From: Chrysomallon squamiferum
Taxonomy: Eukaryota; Animalia; Mollusca
NCBI GenBank assembly: GCA_012295275.1
Contig: CM022671.1
Span: 6,758,001 to 6,822,000, forward strand
Direction of reading: 5' to 3'
Length of the DNA stretch: 64,000 nt
The translations under genes were made by a program, and so were the position numbers. The notes under the pieces were generated by a model that saw nothing but the letters and a program-made list of their open reading frames with translations, ran no database searches and was not told the DNA's origin. Positions 27,564 to 64,000 of the stretch are shown here, piece by piece. Numbering within the stretch: position 1 is the first letter of the stretch; each line of letters begins with the position of its first letter.

Positions 27564-30500
27564 AGACTGTAGACTGTAGACTGTAGACACGATGACAACG
27601 TTAAAAGAAAAACGTGTTCACGACACTTTACGTGTTTTACGTGTTTTTCTGAGGAAACAATTGAACGTGTTATCTGTTGTTTTATTTTACCTGTGTGTTC
27701 AATACAGCTGTTAATATAAACATCTGCTGTTAATAATGTAACTCTCTGTGTTTATCAAAGATGTTTCTGTCAGTAATAATTTGACTGTGTGTCTTACGGT
27801 ATCTCGGTGCAGTTCAACTGCTGGTTTTTTTCTAAGTTCTGGTTCTGGTTCTGCGAGTTGATTGTAGTCAACACGTGGTGTCTCGCACAGACTGTTCTGT
27901 TTGTTGTTAGCTGTGAGGTTTTTTTTTCCAGTCAGTGTGTTGTATCACCGCAATACATCTCAGTTAAAATACACAGATCTGGCTGAACAACTTTACACCA
28001 CTCTTAAATAAATATATTTCAACATTTCCACACAGGAAAAAAAAAAAACCCCAAAAACCCTCTTAAAACTGCTATTTCATTCTATTTTTATTTTTTTTTT
28101 TTTTTTTTTTTTTTTTTTATTAGCTATTATGTTATTTTCGGTATCTAGTTCTAGGATTATGTCATACATACTTGAGATATCACACACATACTTGAGATAT
28201 TCACAGATACTTGATACGTAGAAAATGCATAGTTGCATGTAGCTGCGTTAACACAAGACATATATAAAAAAAAAAAAAAAAACAGAAGTGAAATAGCACA
28301 TTTAACGAATGCTTGTCCCCAGGCAACCGCTGTACTCTGTCTGATGGCGTTGAGCAGAGAATAACTGATGACATACTTAACACGTATTTCATAAACGTCT
28401 CTTCTGAACTGCTTCTTGCACTATGGTTACCTCCAACAAAACAGCGTGTGTCGCAAATTTACCAGTGTTTTCCTTTTAGCGCGGTTATAACAGTCAAGTA
28501 CGTCAGCCGTCTTTAAAACGCTGTTTACTGTGATGATGTTTTTATTGTTGTTGTTTATGGGCTTTTGCGTATAAACGTGTTAAAACGACGTAATTTTAGA
28601 GTGGCGTTAGAGATGTGTCTTTTTTATCAAAGTGACGAAAACTAATAATAATAAAAAATTAAATTAAATTAAATTAAATAAATAAATAAAGTTCTGTTAT
28701 TTGAAATACTTTCAACACGACTGATAGCACTGTTGATAGATAGCTCGGCAGTTTCCGTGAGTGAGCTAAGCGGAGGGAGACCTCGTGTCTGGTTGTGTAA
28801 ATGAGATTAGTTGAGTCCTGCACTGCGGAGACGTTGTGTAAATTAACTGAGCCGAGAGTTCACCGTTCGCCGTTGACTTGAGGACAGGTTCGGCAATTAC
28901 TCTGGAGGAAATCAAATTAGATCTTCGGCTTCATCTGTCCTTGCCTGGCCTCCATCGATCTCTCTCGCCAGTCCCCAGCTTGAATTATTTCACTCTTTTT
29001 TTTTTTCTTTCTCCCGTATAACAAAAATAGCACATCGTTTTTGTCATTATGTTAGATAATCGTTTCACCTCTCTCAGTTGCAGTAAATCAAAATCGTTAC
29101 AGTCTGAAAAACTCAAGCACAGAGACACAGAAATAATGAGATGCACATACACGACACAGACAGACAGACACACACACACACACACACACACACACGTACA
29201 GACAGTCCTGGTTTACTTATAATAGTACACGTGTACGAATTCTTTGTGAGTAACGAAACCATATTTTTAAGAATTTTTTTTTTTTTTTATCGTTTTATCA
29301 AATATTCCATAAATGTTGGCCTCGGGTTCAGCTGATGACGAGATCAAAGCCCTTTAGGTTATTATTTTTTCTTTCGTCTGTAATTATTATTAATTTTATG
29401 ATTTGTGAATATAAAAGAAAACCAGATATTATAGATAAATCTGGAAAATCCTTTCGGCGTTCTTACGTATAGCTGAGTGGAGAGGTTTTAAAGACAAGAC
29501 TTTTTGTAAGCAGTTTATCACAACATTAAAATTACTCTTTTCTTTAACACGTTTCTCATTTAGCGTTTTCTACAAAAATATCAATAATTCATTCGCTGAG
29601 TATAGTCCTCCTTGTTACAGAGACAATGAAATGTTCACTATCAAAGCTACAGTTAAGGCGTTTAGGTTTGGTCAGTGTTGCCGAATAATAATTTATAATT
29701 TACTGTCCCGGGAACACATTATTTTTTAAAAACAGACTTATTTTTATTTTTATTATTTTTTTTTTTACAACTAATAACAATTTGTTGTTACTTTAAAATT
29801 ATATAGAAGTTTATAAATAAATAATAAGAATACCACGTTAGAAAGATTTTAAAACAATAAAAAAATATTTTAAAAATTACGTCAGTGTCTCTTTAACTGG
29901 AAGCTCTGTATCGCTGTACAGATCGCAGTGTGGGTTTGAGTGATCTTACAAATTACAAGTATGGATTTTTAAACTGACACTGCTTACCGCTGTAGAAAGC
30001 GAAATAAAAATGTAATCAAGTGATTCAACTTGAAGCACGGCGTAGGATCAATAGAACACAGTTCTTTTTGTAGTAAGTTTGTGTTAGGTGTTGAGACAAT
30101 TCATCTTGTGTTTGTCATTAATGAATGTAACACCTGACACATCCAATTTCCATTCGTTCTTAAAAAAAATAATAAAAAAAAAAATCCTATGACAAGTGAG
30201 AGATGTTGATAAAAAAAAAGTTTTCAGAAATCGTTGAACAAATATCTGTTCACTGATTTCAATAACATCAGCATGACGTTGTGAATGAAGTCGTACGTCG
30301 TCACCTCAGTCAGGTTTCACGACAACGTGCACAAACGTAGTTCACCAAGGCGTCAATATTCCATTTTATTTTTGTGACGACAAAGAGACGTGATAAAATC
30401 GAGTTTCTTGTATTGATTGTTTCCTGTTTTAAACACCTCAGTACTTTCAGTACTTTGTCAGTGTATGTTACTATGGCTCAATGTTACTGATGTAATAATG

Positions 30501-31518
30501 CTCAGTGTTACTCATTTAGGTAATGTAGCTCAATGTCACCGATGTAATATGGCTCAATTTTACTGATGTATTGTGGCTCAATGTTAGTCAGATAACGTTG
30601 CTCAATGTAAATGTAATATTGCTCCATGTTACTGATGTAATATTGCTCAATGTTACTGATGTAATATTGCTCAATGTTACTGATGTAATATTGCTCAATG
30701 TTACTGATATAATATTGCTCAATGTTACTGATGTAATAATGCTCAGTATTACTCATTAGGTAACGTAGCTCAGTGTTACTGATGTAATGTAGTTCAGTGG
30801 CTGATGTATTGTGGCTCAATGTTAATGATGTAATGTAGCTCAATATTACTGATTTAGTTAACGTAGCACTGTTACTGATTTAGGTAACGTAGCCAAATGT
30901 TACTGATGTAATGTTTTATTCACTGAACTAGAAGAATACATAAATCGTTAAATCGTTATTTCTAACACACCGTTGTTGTTGTTGTCGTTGTATAGGTGAA
31001 GAGCAGCTTTCTGACGACGACCTCAGTGACGACGTGGACACCGAGGGTTCGGGTGCGGGGTCAGTGAGATGTTACAGATGCGCTGTGGTGACTGTGAGAG
31101 GGTGTGATGTGACGGAGATGTCGGCGCACAGAGATAAGTTCACAGTCAACTGTGAACACCACTGTCTGAACCTGACTGCAGGTGAGTCGTCTCCAGTCCT
31201 CTCACGAAACAGAAACGAAAAAAAAAAAAAACTGTGTGAGACAACAGACACCAGCCAGAGAGAGAGAAACAACAGACTGAGAGAGAAACACCAGCCAGAG
31301 AGAGAGAAACAACAGACTGAGAGAGAAACAACAGACTGAGAGAGAAACAACAGACTGAGAGAGAAACAACAGACTGAGAGAGAAACAACAGACTGAGAGA
31401 GAAACAACAGACTGAGAGAAAGTGATCGAGCGAGTGACAGAGATTGAGTGTGAGTGAGTGAGATGAAGATGCATGGAAAACGAGGGGAGAGAGAGAGAGA
31501 GAGCGAGGAGAGGAGAGA

Positions 31519-31554
<36 letters not shown>

Positions 31555-32916
31555 GAGAGAGAGTGAAAGAGAGGGGGGAGGGAGAGAGAGAGTGAACGAG
31601 CGAAATAATGAGAGAGAATGAGGGAGAGAATGAGCGAGAGAAAAGAGAATTAAAGAGTATGAGAGAAAGAATGAGACAGAATGAGAGAGAATGAGGGAGA
31701 CAGAGACAGATTGAAAGAGAGAGATTGCGAGAGGTAACAATAACAGAAGAAAAATATTGATATACTTATTTCTGAACGTTTGTGTACACAGAAACGTGTA
31801 AACGTTATTACTGTCAGGTAAAAACCGACATCTCCACGTAAGTCGTGTACACCTAAACAAGCACCAGCCGCCCGCCATCATTCACACCCGTCACGTGGAC
31901 GCACGGAAACTGTTATTTTTGCACAACACTACGTTCTGTGCTGTCAGACACGTGACGCGGCTGGCTGAAAACAATTCATTATTTTTTCGCCAACACACGC
32001 GAGTCTAACTGCCCTCTCTGTGTGCACAGACAGGTCACACAGCTGTCCCGACAGGTGGCGCTTCATTAAATAATGAGGGTCATTTGAGGATATTCTGTTC
32101 CCTCATTGTGGAAAAGAAAATTTCATTTTTTTTTTTTTTTTTTTTTTTAATGACAAAAAAAAAAAAAAAAAAAAAAAAAGAATAAAGAAAAAAATAGAAT
32201 AGGGCAGTGAAAACAAATAATGATGTTTAAGAACGAAGAAAAAACCATTTGTGAAATACACTCGACATTATTTCCCGTTCTAGCCTGTGAGTGGTTTTTG
32301 TCAGAGGTCAGTGGTTGCTGTTCAGTAGACGACGACAAGAAGAGTTTCTGCTCTCTTTTTAAATAATTAATTCTACAAGAGCTGTGTTTGATTTTGTTTT
32401 TAAATTTAGTTTCTGTTTTTAAGAACTAGATGTAACATAAAAATTATTTCTTTCTTTTTTTTACTGACTAATGAAGATGATGATGATGATGATGATAATT
32501 ATGATGGTTGTTGTTGTTGTAGTTGTTGTTAACGTGTATTGATTTTTAACACAGGTATCCACGCCTCCTACGACTGCGCAGACAACAGCGGCGGCTCAAA
32601 CTACTGCATAGAGAACGAAGGAACACGGATATGTGTTTGTAACACCGACTATTGCAACGGCCCGCCACCGGTGTCGTCGTCGGATACAGATATCGATTTC
32701 ACGTTGCCGTCGGAGAACTTTTGGACAGGAACTGTAGACCACCGTCACAAGTCAGAGCACGAGAAAATTCTCTTAAAAACCGGAAACAAGCCGGAAGGAC
32801 TCCACGAATCCCGTGAACGGCCGAAAGCAACAACGAAACCAAACTCTTGTTCTCCACTGACCCAAACTTTCAGCGTGTTGACCTTTGCCTTGACCGTGTG
32901 TTTGTTTCTTTCTTGA
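21685..32916 (+). CDS. Ly6/uPAR three-finger (Quiver/Sleepless-like) GPI-anchored protein, 199 aa; join(21685..21736,30996..31181,32555..32916)
   Basis: Phase-1 GT-AG junctions give one open frame: signal peptide MSAFFFFLMWLVTANSRG, acidic linker, 10-Cys domain from VRCYRC to ICVCNTDYCN, spacer, hydrophobic C-terminus SVLTFALTVCLFLS*. Confidence 0.85.
21880..22530. repeat. 44-bp minisatellite (TAGTTATGTAATATGTAGATACTGTTTAATTACATATATGTCAC)n
   Basis: Visible tandem units, ~14 copies, intron 1 of Ly6-like gene. Confidence 0.95.
23745..24305. repeat. ~23-bp minisatellite (GTGTATTTTTACTTGTGTGACAC)n
   Basis: Visible degenerate tandem units. Confidence 0.93.
24478..24745 (+). repeat. Dispersed A-rich repeat, copy 1 (copy 2 at ~46095-46345)
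   Basis: Shared AGAAATGAACACGTAAATAAAT...AGTGATATAAAAACAATGTTGTAAAAATTCAGAAAACAAGAAA block in the same orientation. Confidence 0.85.
25298..26545. repeat. 25-bp minisatellite (TGGTTAGAATGGTATAGAAGTGCAC)n with 425-bp higher-order duplication
   Basis: Visible units; variant pattern beginning at 25331 recurs at 25756. Confidence 0.97.
30470..30912. repeat. 24-bp minisatellite (TGTTACTGATGTAATATTGCTCAA)n
   Basis: Visible units ending ~80 bp before Ly6-like exon 2. Confidence 0.93.
30996..31181 (+). CDS. Ly6/Quiver-like exon 2
   Basis: TATAG| acceptor, CAG|GTGAGT donor; GEEQLSDDDLSDDVDTEGSGAGSVRCYRCAVVTVRGCDVTEMSAHRDKFTVNCEHHCLNLTA. Confidence 0.88.
31260..31420. repeat. 17-bp repeat (GAGAGAAACAACAGACT)n followed by GA-rich tract
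   Basis: Visible tandem units. Confidence 0.9.
32555..32916 (+). CDS. Ly6/Quiver-like exon 3 (CxCxxDxCN, GPI-type tail)
   Basis: ACACAG| acceptor; GIHASYDCADNSGGSNYCIENEGTRICVCNTDYCNG...LTVCLFLS*. Confidence 0.9.
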
Positions 32917-33131
32917 GTTGACATCGAAACGTTTCGCAGAGTGTGTGTTCTTGTCTGTGTTTAGAGAAATGAACAAGTGCAACAACAACAACAACAACAA
33001 CAACAAAACGTTTGTGAAGAAATTAAACCACAAAATGGAATATTCTATTTTTGTACAACTTTCACTGTTCTCGTGTTTTTTTTTCAAACGTTTTCCATCT
33101 GCTGCTGAATGTACAGTTTGTATCCTTAGTG

Positions 33132-33205
<74 letters not shown>

Positions 33206-35225
33206 GATTATTTATTTTTTGTTTTATTTTTTATTATTATTTTTTTTTAAATCCGTTTGTTCCACCATGTTCCCTGTTAATGAAAAACAGCGCTTTTCAG
33301 AAAGTTCTAATTATGAACTGAACTGTTAGCTGACGTTGGAATTACATCAAGTTTGTCTGTATCTTTGGCAACAAGACGTACAGCAGTAACATGGTGTGAA
33401 TCATTATTTAAAATAATTATAATTTATAATGTTTAATGCAAGATACAGCCTGGTACTTCTTACATAGGCAATATCATTTAAAAGTCAATATGAACTTTAA
33501 TTTTTCTTGTGAATGTTGAAAATGTGCTATAAATATTATATTTACATTTGCGTCCCTTGTATTGTAACTTTAGTGTCATTTACAAGCAGTCCAAACACAC
33601 TCGGTATACTCGTAAATTATTTTTTTTATTTACTTACCGAGCTCAGTGTTTACCAATAATAAAGTTTGATAATAAAATCAACAACATCACGACATTGTCA
33701 ACACGGCGATATTTCTGTTTTCATCTGTTCCAACAATTCCTTCAGTTAACTCTGTTAATCTGAAGATACAACAATGGAAACTACGTAGTTACGTTGTCAA
33801 ACTTTCAACGTCTGTACCAGATGACGTCATAACTAAATATCCAGCTGAAAGAACACTTGAGTCAGTGTGTGGGTTTACTTTATTATTTAATAATGACTGG
33901 TCGCCATGGATAATAAAATAATAACCTGTACTGCACTTTAGCACGTTTATAATGAAAACAAATCTTACCTAAATTTGTTTATTAAACTAATGTAATCTAT
34001 TGAAGTAAAGAAATGTTTATGTAGGTTAATAATAATAATAATAATAATAATCATAATCATAATTATAATCATAATCATAATCATCATCATAATAATGATG
34101 ATGATGATGATGACGACGACAATGACCAGACCAACAGTACAAACAACAACAAACAGCAACGACAACCAATAAACAACAACCGCCAACAAACAATAACCAT
34201 CAACAACTACAACAACAACAGTATAAAAATAAAATTTTAAATAAGTTTTCTTTCCTAGATGAAATATTTGAGCTGACAGACTTTGCCTGACACAGATAAC
34301 AGAAGATATAAACAGATACAATCTTTAATACGTTACGTACTAATAGCTTTAGGAGATTACTGCCACTTTTACGTAACTACTGAATACTTGCTTACAACAT
34401 ATTTAAATACTAGAGGTTATTATTCAGTTTTCTACCAGTGGGAAATAATAATAACGATAATTTTATCAGTTAGGAAATAATTTAAGTTTTCTAAATGTGA
34501 TAAAAAAAAAAAATGTTATTTACTAATTGTAAAGAAACAACTTTCGATTTTGTAACACTGAAACAAACAAACAAATATACATATACATTTTCTCTCTTTA
34601 TTCGATTTTTTTTTTTTTTTTTTTTTTTTCGTTTCTGTAAATTAAATTTGATATATTCATAACTAAAAATAGTGATTCTTTGCCTTGAAGCATCATTAGC
34701 CCTCGAGAATGCATCAACAGACATCAGCTCGCTGTTTTAACAGTTAATTTATACCAGCGGGCGATGGAGAGCTATTAAAATACGTAACAGTGTTTGAAGT
34801 GGGCCGTATTTACAAAGTTAAATATCATATTTTTATGCGGTGATTTACATTCACTGGGGGGGGGATGTTGCAGCCTGACCTGCTTGTAACTAACTGCTCG
34901 CCGAGTGGAATAATACTTACATACTCAGACGTATGTTTACAGAGATGTAATTTATGCACTGACGGACGGCTGGAGTGATGGATGCGTGTGTATGTTTTAT
35001 ATAAACACGTGCGTTTACGGTCTGGCAGGAACATGGGAAGGAAATAGTTAAAAAAAAAAAAAAAAAAAAAAATTATCAAATTATTCCGATATTTTGATAT
35101 AACTTAAAGAGAAATTATGTTTATGCAGTTGTACGTGAATTGTAAGATAAATGAGAAAAAAGTAAAAAAAGATACTTTTTGTAATGTAATATTTTATTTT
35201 GCCGCTGTGACTAGAATTATTTATT

Positions 35226-35308
<83 letters not shown>

Positions 35309-35323
35309 CAACAAGCTGGTCTG

Positions 35324-35357
<34 letters not shown>

Positions 35358-36541
35358 CGCTCGTTTCTAGTTCTTGTTCTTTTTTTTTTTTTTTGTTCTG
35401 AGGGAAATTCACAAACTCTTGAGCTAATCTAATTGTACGGAGGTGAAAGTTTAAACAACTAGCACGTTTCTGGCACTGATTGCAAAACGCGTTTCTAATT
35501 ATCATTTTAAAACTGCTCGTTTACTTATTACGTGGGCTTAGTCGTAATTCGTAAATGACGTCATAACTATATAACATACGTGAATTAATAACGGTATCTT
35601 TGAGGGAAGTGTGCATTAATATTGTTGTTATTATTATTATTATTATTATTACTATTAAATTTTTGTTCATTCTTTCATTATTTATAAAATTGCTTTCTTA
35701 AGTAAACCATTTTTATATATAATTTGTAACCGTCACAATGGAATTTTAGAACATTTTCAGTTTTCATTGTGTAATTATAGAAAACAAAGCAGAAACTAGA
35801 AGGAAGAAAGGAAGAAATAAAGGGATGAATACTTATAAAAAATATTAAATTCTTCACTAAACGTACACATCAAATAAACGTCAAAATAATTACATAACAT
35901 TATCAAATTACAGTTGATAACATATCAAAGAAACAATAGAGACAACAACAACAACAACTGAAACACTGTAAATAGGTTATGTCAGTAACAACATATAACA
36001 GAGGATTAATTATTTCATGTTTTTATTTAAACCCAAGTTTATCGTGGATATTTTTTCATATTTCAAATCTCTATAATGAATCATGTAACTATTGTACGTG
36101 TAGTTGTATTAATCTGTGATAATTGTTATTTAACGTCACGCCGTCGAGATTGGGTCTAATGGGGGAATGGAAGGGATGGGGTGGGGTTCTTAATGCACTT
36201 TAATCATTACTGTGCACATTCTTCTCACGTAATAAGCAAACAATTTATGCGAGACATTTAACAGGAAATTAAACACAAAAAAAAAAAAAAAAAAAAAAAA
36301 AATATTTACGTGTTTTCTGAGATACACTTTCACGTCTGTCGTGTTGGTGGGGTGAGGGTAGGGGTTACTGGAACCCATTTAAAACAAAAACGCGACCCGC
36401 CCTCTAGCGACAGTTTACCATCTCGTCACAGATACTTGTTATCTTAATTACCCCCGTTATTAAATGTTAGCGGATTACTGTAGCCGTGGTTTCAGTGGAA
36501 ATGCTGTGGTTTAAATGCAGACGACTGCTGCTGCTCGCGGT

Positions 36542-45288
<8,747 letters not shown>

Positions 45289-45345
45289 GGCTGCAACGTC
45301 CACGCCTCTGTGATCTATTAAAATGTTACCTGTGTCAAAAGTTAT

Positions 45346-45355
45346 ACCGGAAGTG
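45346..45355. promoter_or_regulatory. ETS/GABP-type motif ACCGGAAGTG in putative AKR promoter
   Basis: Exact consensus 58 bp upstream of the AKR ATG in otherwise AT-rich DNA. Confidence 0.5.
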
Positions 45356-46094
45356 AAATGAGTACCGTGAAATATAATATGTGGAGTTACATGAATCTAA
45401 ATTTAATAAAGTTAAATATTTCGTTATTTATTTAATTATTTAATTATTTATTTATTTATTTATTTATTCATTTATTTATTCATTTATTTATTTATTTATT
45501 TATTTATTTTAATAAAATATAAGTAAATAAAAATTAAAATAAATGTTCAAGCACCACACTTTTAACTGTTTTTCAGCCAAACAAGGAAATATATGAAACC
45601 TTTGCAGCCGTGTTTTCTAATCTAAAACCTGAACCGATTTTTTTGTTCATAAATTAATGTGTTTCATAATAGTAAAAATAAATTACTTAACAAGTTATTT
45701 TTCATACACACAGAAAAAAAAAAAAAAAAAAAAAAGTTATTAAAAGTTTATTTATTTATTTATTTACTTATTTATTTATTTATTTATTGGTGTTATTGTT
45801 GTTAATATTATTATTACGTATTGGTGATGTTTGTTTGTTTGTTAATTGTAAAAACAAATTTATATATATATATCCAAATAAAGAATAATGTTTTTGGACA
45901 AACATATCTTCCTGTGTTCTGTAACATACATCGTGTAATAACAATAGCAACAGCAGCAACAACAACAACTACAACAGACACAGGCACAATGAGTAAAGCA
46001 ATATCTCATGTGATGTATATATAACAGAAAATATGTACATAAACTAAAGTAAGAAAAAAAAAGTGACTTGAAAAGACTGTAAATGTAGGCACGT

Positions 46095-46345
46095 TGTGAT
46101 ATGAATACACACAAGAAAATTTATACACAAGAAAAGTAAAATAGTTATATAACGGATATAAATTAACTGGCGTACTTTAAAGAAATGAACACGTAAATAA
46201 ATAAAATTGTACAGTGATATAAAAACAATGTTGTAAAAATTCAGAAAACAAGAAAGGAAAAAAAAAGAAGAAAGAGTATAAAAACAAACAACAAAACAAC
46301 AAGAACAAGAAAACGAAAAATAAAATAAAATAAAATAATAATATA
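46095..46345 (+). repeat. Dispersed A-rich repeat, copy 2
   Basis: Aligns by eye with 24478-24745. Confidence 0.85.
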
Positions 46346-47294
46346 CCAAATAATAATGATCATGATGATGATGATGATGATGAAGAAGAAGAAGAAGAAG
46401 AAGAAGAAGAAGAAGAAGAAGAAGAAACACAACAACAACAAAAACAATTGAAATTATATCATGAATAAAAACTTTAATTATTAATTTATTTATTTATTTA
46501 TTTTATAAGATATAGAAAAGAAAAATAATGAAAAAAAAAAATAACAAAAGCTTTAGAAAGCAAACTACAAGTTATTGTCAGAAAAGTTTATTTTGATCTC
46601 ACACAGAGATAAAAAAGAAAAAACCTGACATTTACGTGGTTGAAGAATTTGCATTAAATATCCTTTGTAAAATCATTAGTGGTTACTAAGTAGTCAGTAT
46701 TTGAATACGCTTACACAGAGGAATTTACAATTTGCTTCAGTTACACTGGGCCTCGTTTGACAGTCAATCAGCTCTACGCTTAGCAAGAACTAAAATCTCC
46801 TTAACGTGCCATTAACAAACGACTTTGCATTTATTAAGAGATGAAGAACAAACGTAAAGTGTGGCATGTTTTGTTCAGTTTGAACTGTGGTGTGAATGAC
46901 CAGGTGAGATTTGTAAAAGAGCACACACACACACACACACACACAGTGAGTGAGACAGTTGACGATTTTTTTACTGACAAGTTTAATCCTGCCAGAAGCA
47001 GGATCAAACCACGTGTCTTACACCTTCCGTCAGATAAATACGGTAATAAACAACTCATTTATTTGTTTGTTTATTTACGTGTTTGTGTCTTTATTTATTT
47101 ATTTGTTGGTTGGTTTGTTGGTTTGTTCATTTGTTGTACATATCTATTAGTATGTGTGTATATGCATAAGTGTGCGTGTTCTTGAAAATATATGTATGTT
47201 TGTATGTTATGGATGAAATAATGAATAGATGGATGTAATGATATATACATGCATGTCTGTATTAGGAAAGAATAATTTATTGTGTTACGTACGT

Positions 47295-47402
47295 CTGATC
47301 AGACTCTGCACATAGACAATATTCGGAAACGCACTGGCGTAGGAGGACAAAGTCCAATCACGACTTCACAAACTGTCAGATACCGCCAAAGAGACTGAAC
47401 GT
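47295..47402 (-). mobile_element. SINE fragment (same family as 19.7-19.95 kb)
   Basis: ACTCTGCACATAGACAATATTCGGAAACGCACTGGCGTAGGAGGACAAAGTCCAATCAC nearly identical to 19759-19817; degenerate B-box region GAGACTGAAC. Confidence 0.82.
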
Positions 47403-47644
47403 TTGGCACCCATCTGTGTATGTATGCATGTATTTATGTACGGATGGGTGGATGGACCATTAGATCAGTTACCAGCAACAGTTGGCAATTCATTGGATAA
47501 CACAGTATATAGTTTGCACTTCACGTGTTAGGGAATAACGTCTATGCTATTACCTATAGTGTGCAGTTAATTTATTATTGTGTAAAATGTACGTTTCGCC
47601 GTCTGCGTTTAATTCTTTTGTCCGTGTTTAGTTTATCAGACGAC

Positions 47645-62866
<15,222 letters not shown>

Positions 62867-63239
62867 ACCAGTCTACTACAAACCTCGAGATTATTGTTTT
62901 CTAACAAGTACAGAAAAACAAAACCTGACTTCCTTCACAGCTGAATACCTGAGTTCACAAACATGATGAATCGAATACATTTTTTTCATTTTCTTTTTCT
63001 TTTGGTACTTTTGACTTTGACTTTTTTTGTTCTTTTGTTGTTTTTGTTGTTGATGATGATGATGTTACTGTTGTTTTTCGAAAACCCGATTGTGTTGGGA
63101 GTGCAGGTATAGAGTGAAATGACTTATATATAAATATGTATAAAGGAAAAGGTTGACTTTTCAACCGACTTCGTACATGCAATCTTTTATTGTTTGACTT
63201 GCGACTTAAGCATTTCAAACAAGACATATCAGAGATTTT

Positions 63240-63978
63240 TGTAAAACAAGACGTATAGTAGGTTTTTCTAAAACAAGACGTATCGTAGGTTTGTCTAAAA
63301 CAAGACGTATCGTAGGTTTGTCTAAAACAAGACGCATCATAGTTTTGTATAAAACAAGACGTATCGTAGGTTTGTCTAAAACAAGACGTATCACAGGTTT
63401 GTCTAAAACAAGACGTATCGTAGGTTTGTCTAAAACAAGACGTATCATAGGTTTGTCTAAAACAAGACGTATCACAGGTTTGTCTAAAACAAGACGTATC
63501 GTAGCTTTGTCTGAAACAAGACGTATCGTAGGTTTGTCTAAAATAAGACGTAACATAAGTTTATCTAAAACAAGACGTATCATAGGTTTGTCAAAAACAA
63601 GACGTATCGTAGGTTTGTCTAAAACAAGACGTATCACAGGTTTGTCTAAAACAAGATGTATCACAGGTTTGTCTAAAACAAGACGTATCACAGGTTTGTT
63701 GAAAACAAGACGTATTGTAGGTTTGTCTAAAACAAGACATATAGGTTTTTCTAAAACTGACGTGTCATAGGTGTGTCTAAAAAAAGACGTATCATAGATA
63801 TGTCTAAAACAATAAGTATCATAGGTTTGTCTAAAACATAACGTATGGTAGGTTTGTTTAAAACAAGACTTATCATACGTTTGTCTAAAACAAGACGTAT
63901 CACAGGTTTGTCTAAAACAAGACGTACCGTAGGTTTGTCTAAAACAACACGTATCATAGGTTTGTCTAAAACAAGACC
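63240..63978. repeat. 27-bp minisatellite (GTCTAAAACAAGACGTATCGTAGGTTT)n
   Basis: Visible units, ~27 copies, downstream of the SLC6 stop. Confidence 0.97.
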
Positions 63979-64000
63979 CATTATATTTTTGTCTAAAACG

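Noticed and set aside
63215-63981. Long ORFs on both strands (RLVLDKPTI / SKTRRIVGL repeats)
   Set aside because: By-product of a stop-free 27-bp unit; no splice or codon evidence.

Overview
AT-rich, microsatellite- and minisatellite-laden animal genomic DNA with GT-AG introns; composition and gene content suggest a lophotrochozoan, probably a mollusc (inference). By manual splicing I can build four genes: (1) an intronless, motif-divergent class A GPCR (4992/5079-6029,+) with an inverted pseudogenic paralog at ~15.6-16.3 kb; (2) a 3-exon, 199-aa Ly6/uPAR (Quiver/Sleepless-like) three-finger protein with signal peptide, acidic EGSG motif and GPI-type tail (21685-32916,+); (3) an 8-exon, 372-aa YajO-like aldo-keto reductase (36542-45288,-); (4) a serotonin-transporter-like SLC6 gene (47645-62866,+) whose 12 downstream exons splice into an intact frame while the TM1 exon is broken by indels and lacks its donor. 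Also present: a non-autonomous hAT element carrying an internal 22-bp array, a tRNA-derived SINE family, an orphan GC-rich coding fragment and many minisatellites. The most unusual pattern is that, in two separate genes, tandem arrays are built from copies of an intron-exon junction itself, placing about 28 and 8 decoy 3' splice sites (leading to premature stops or frameshifts) directly upstream of the real exon. No database searches were run; family calls rest on motif recognition.
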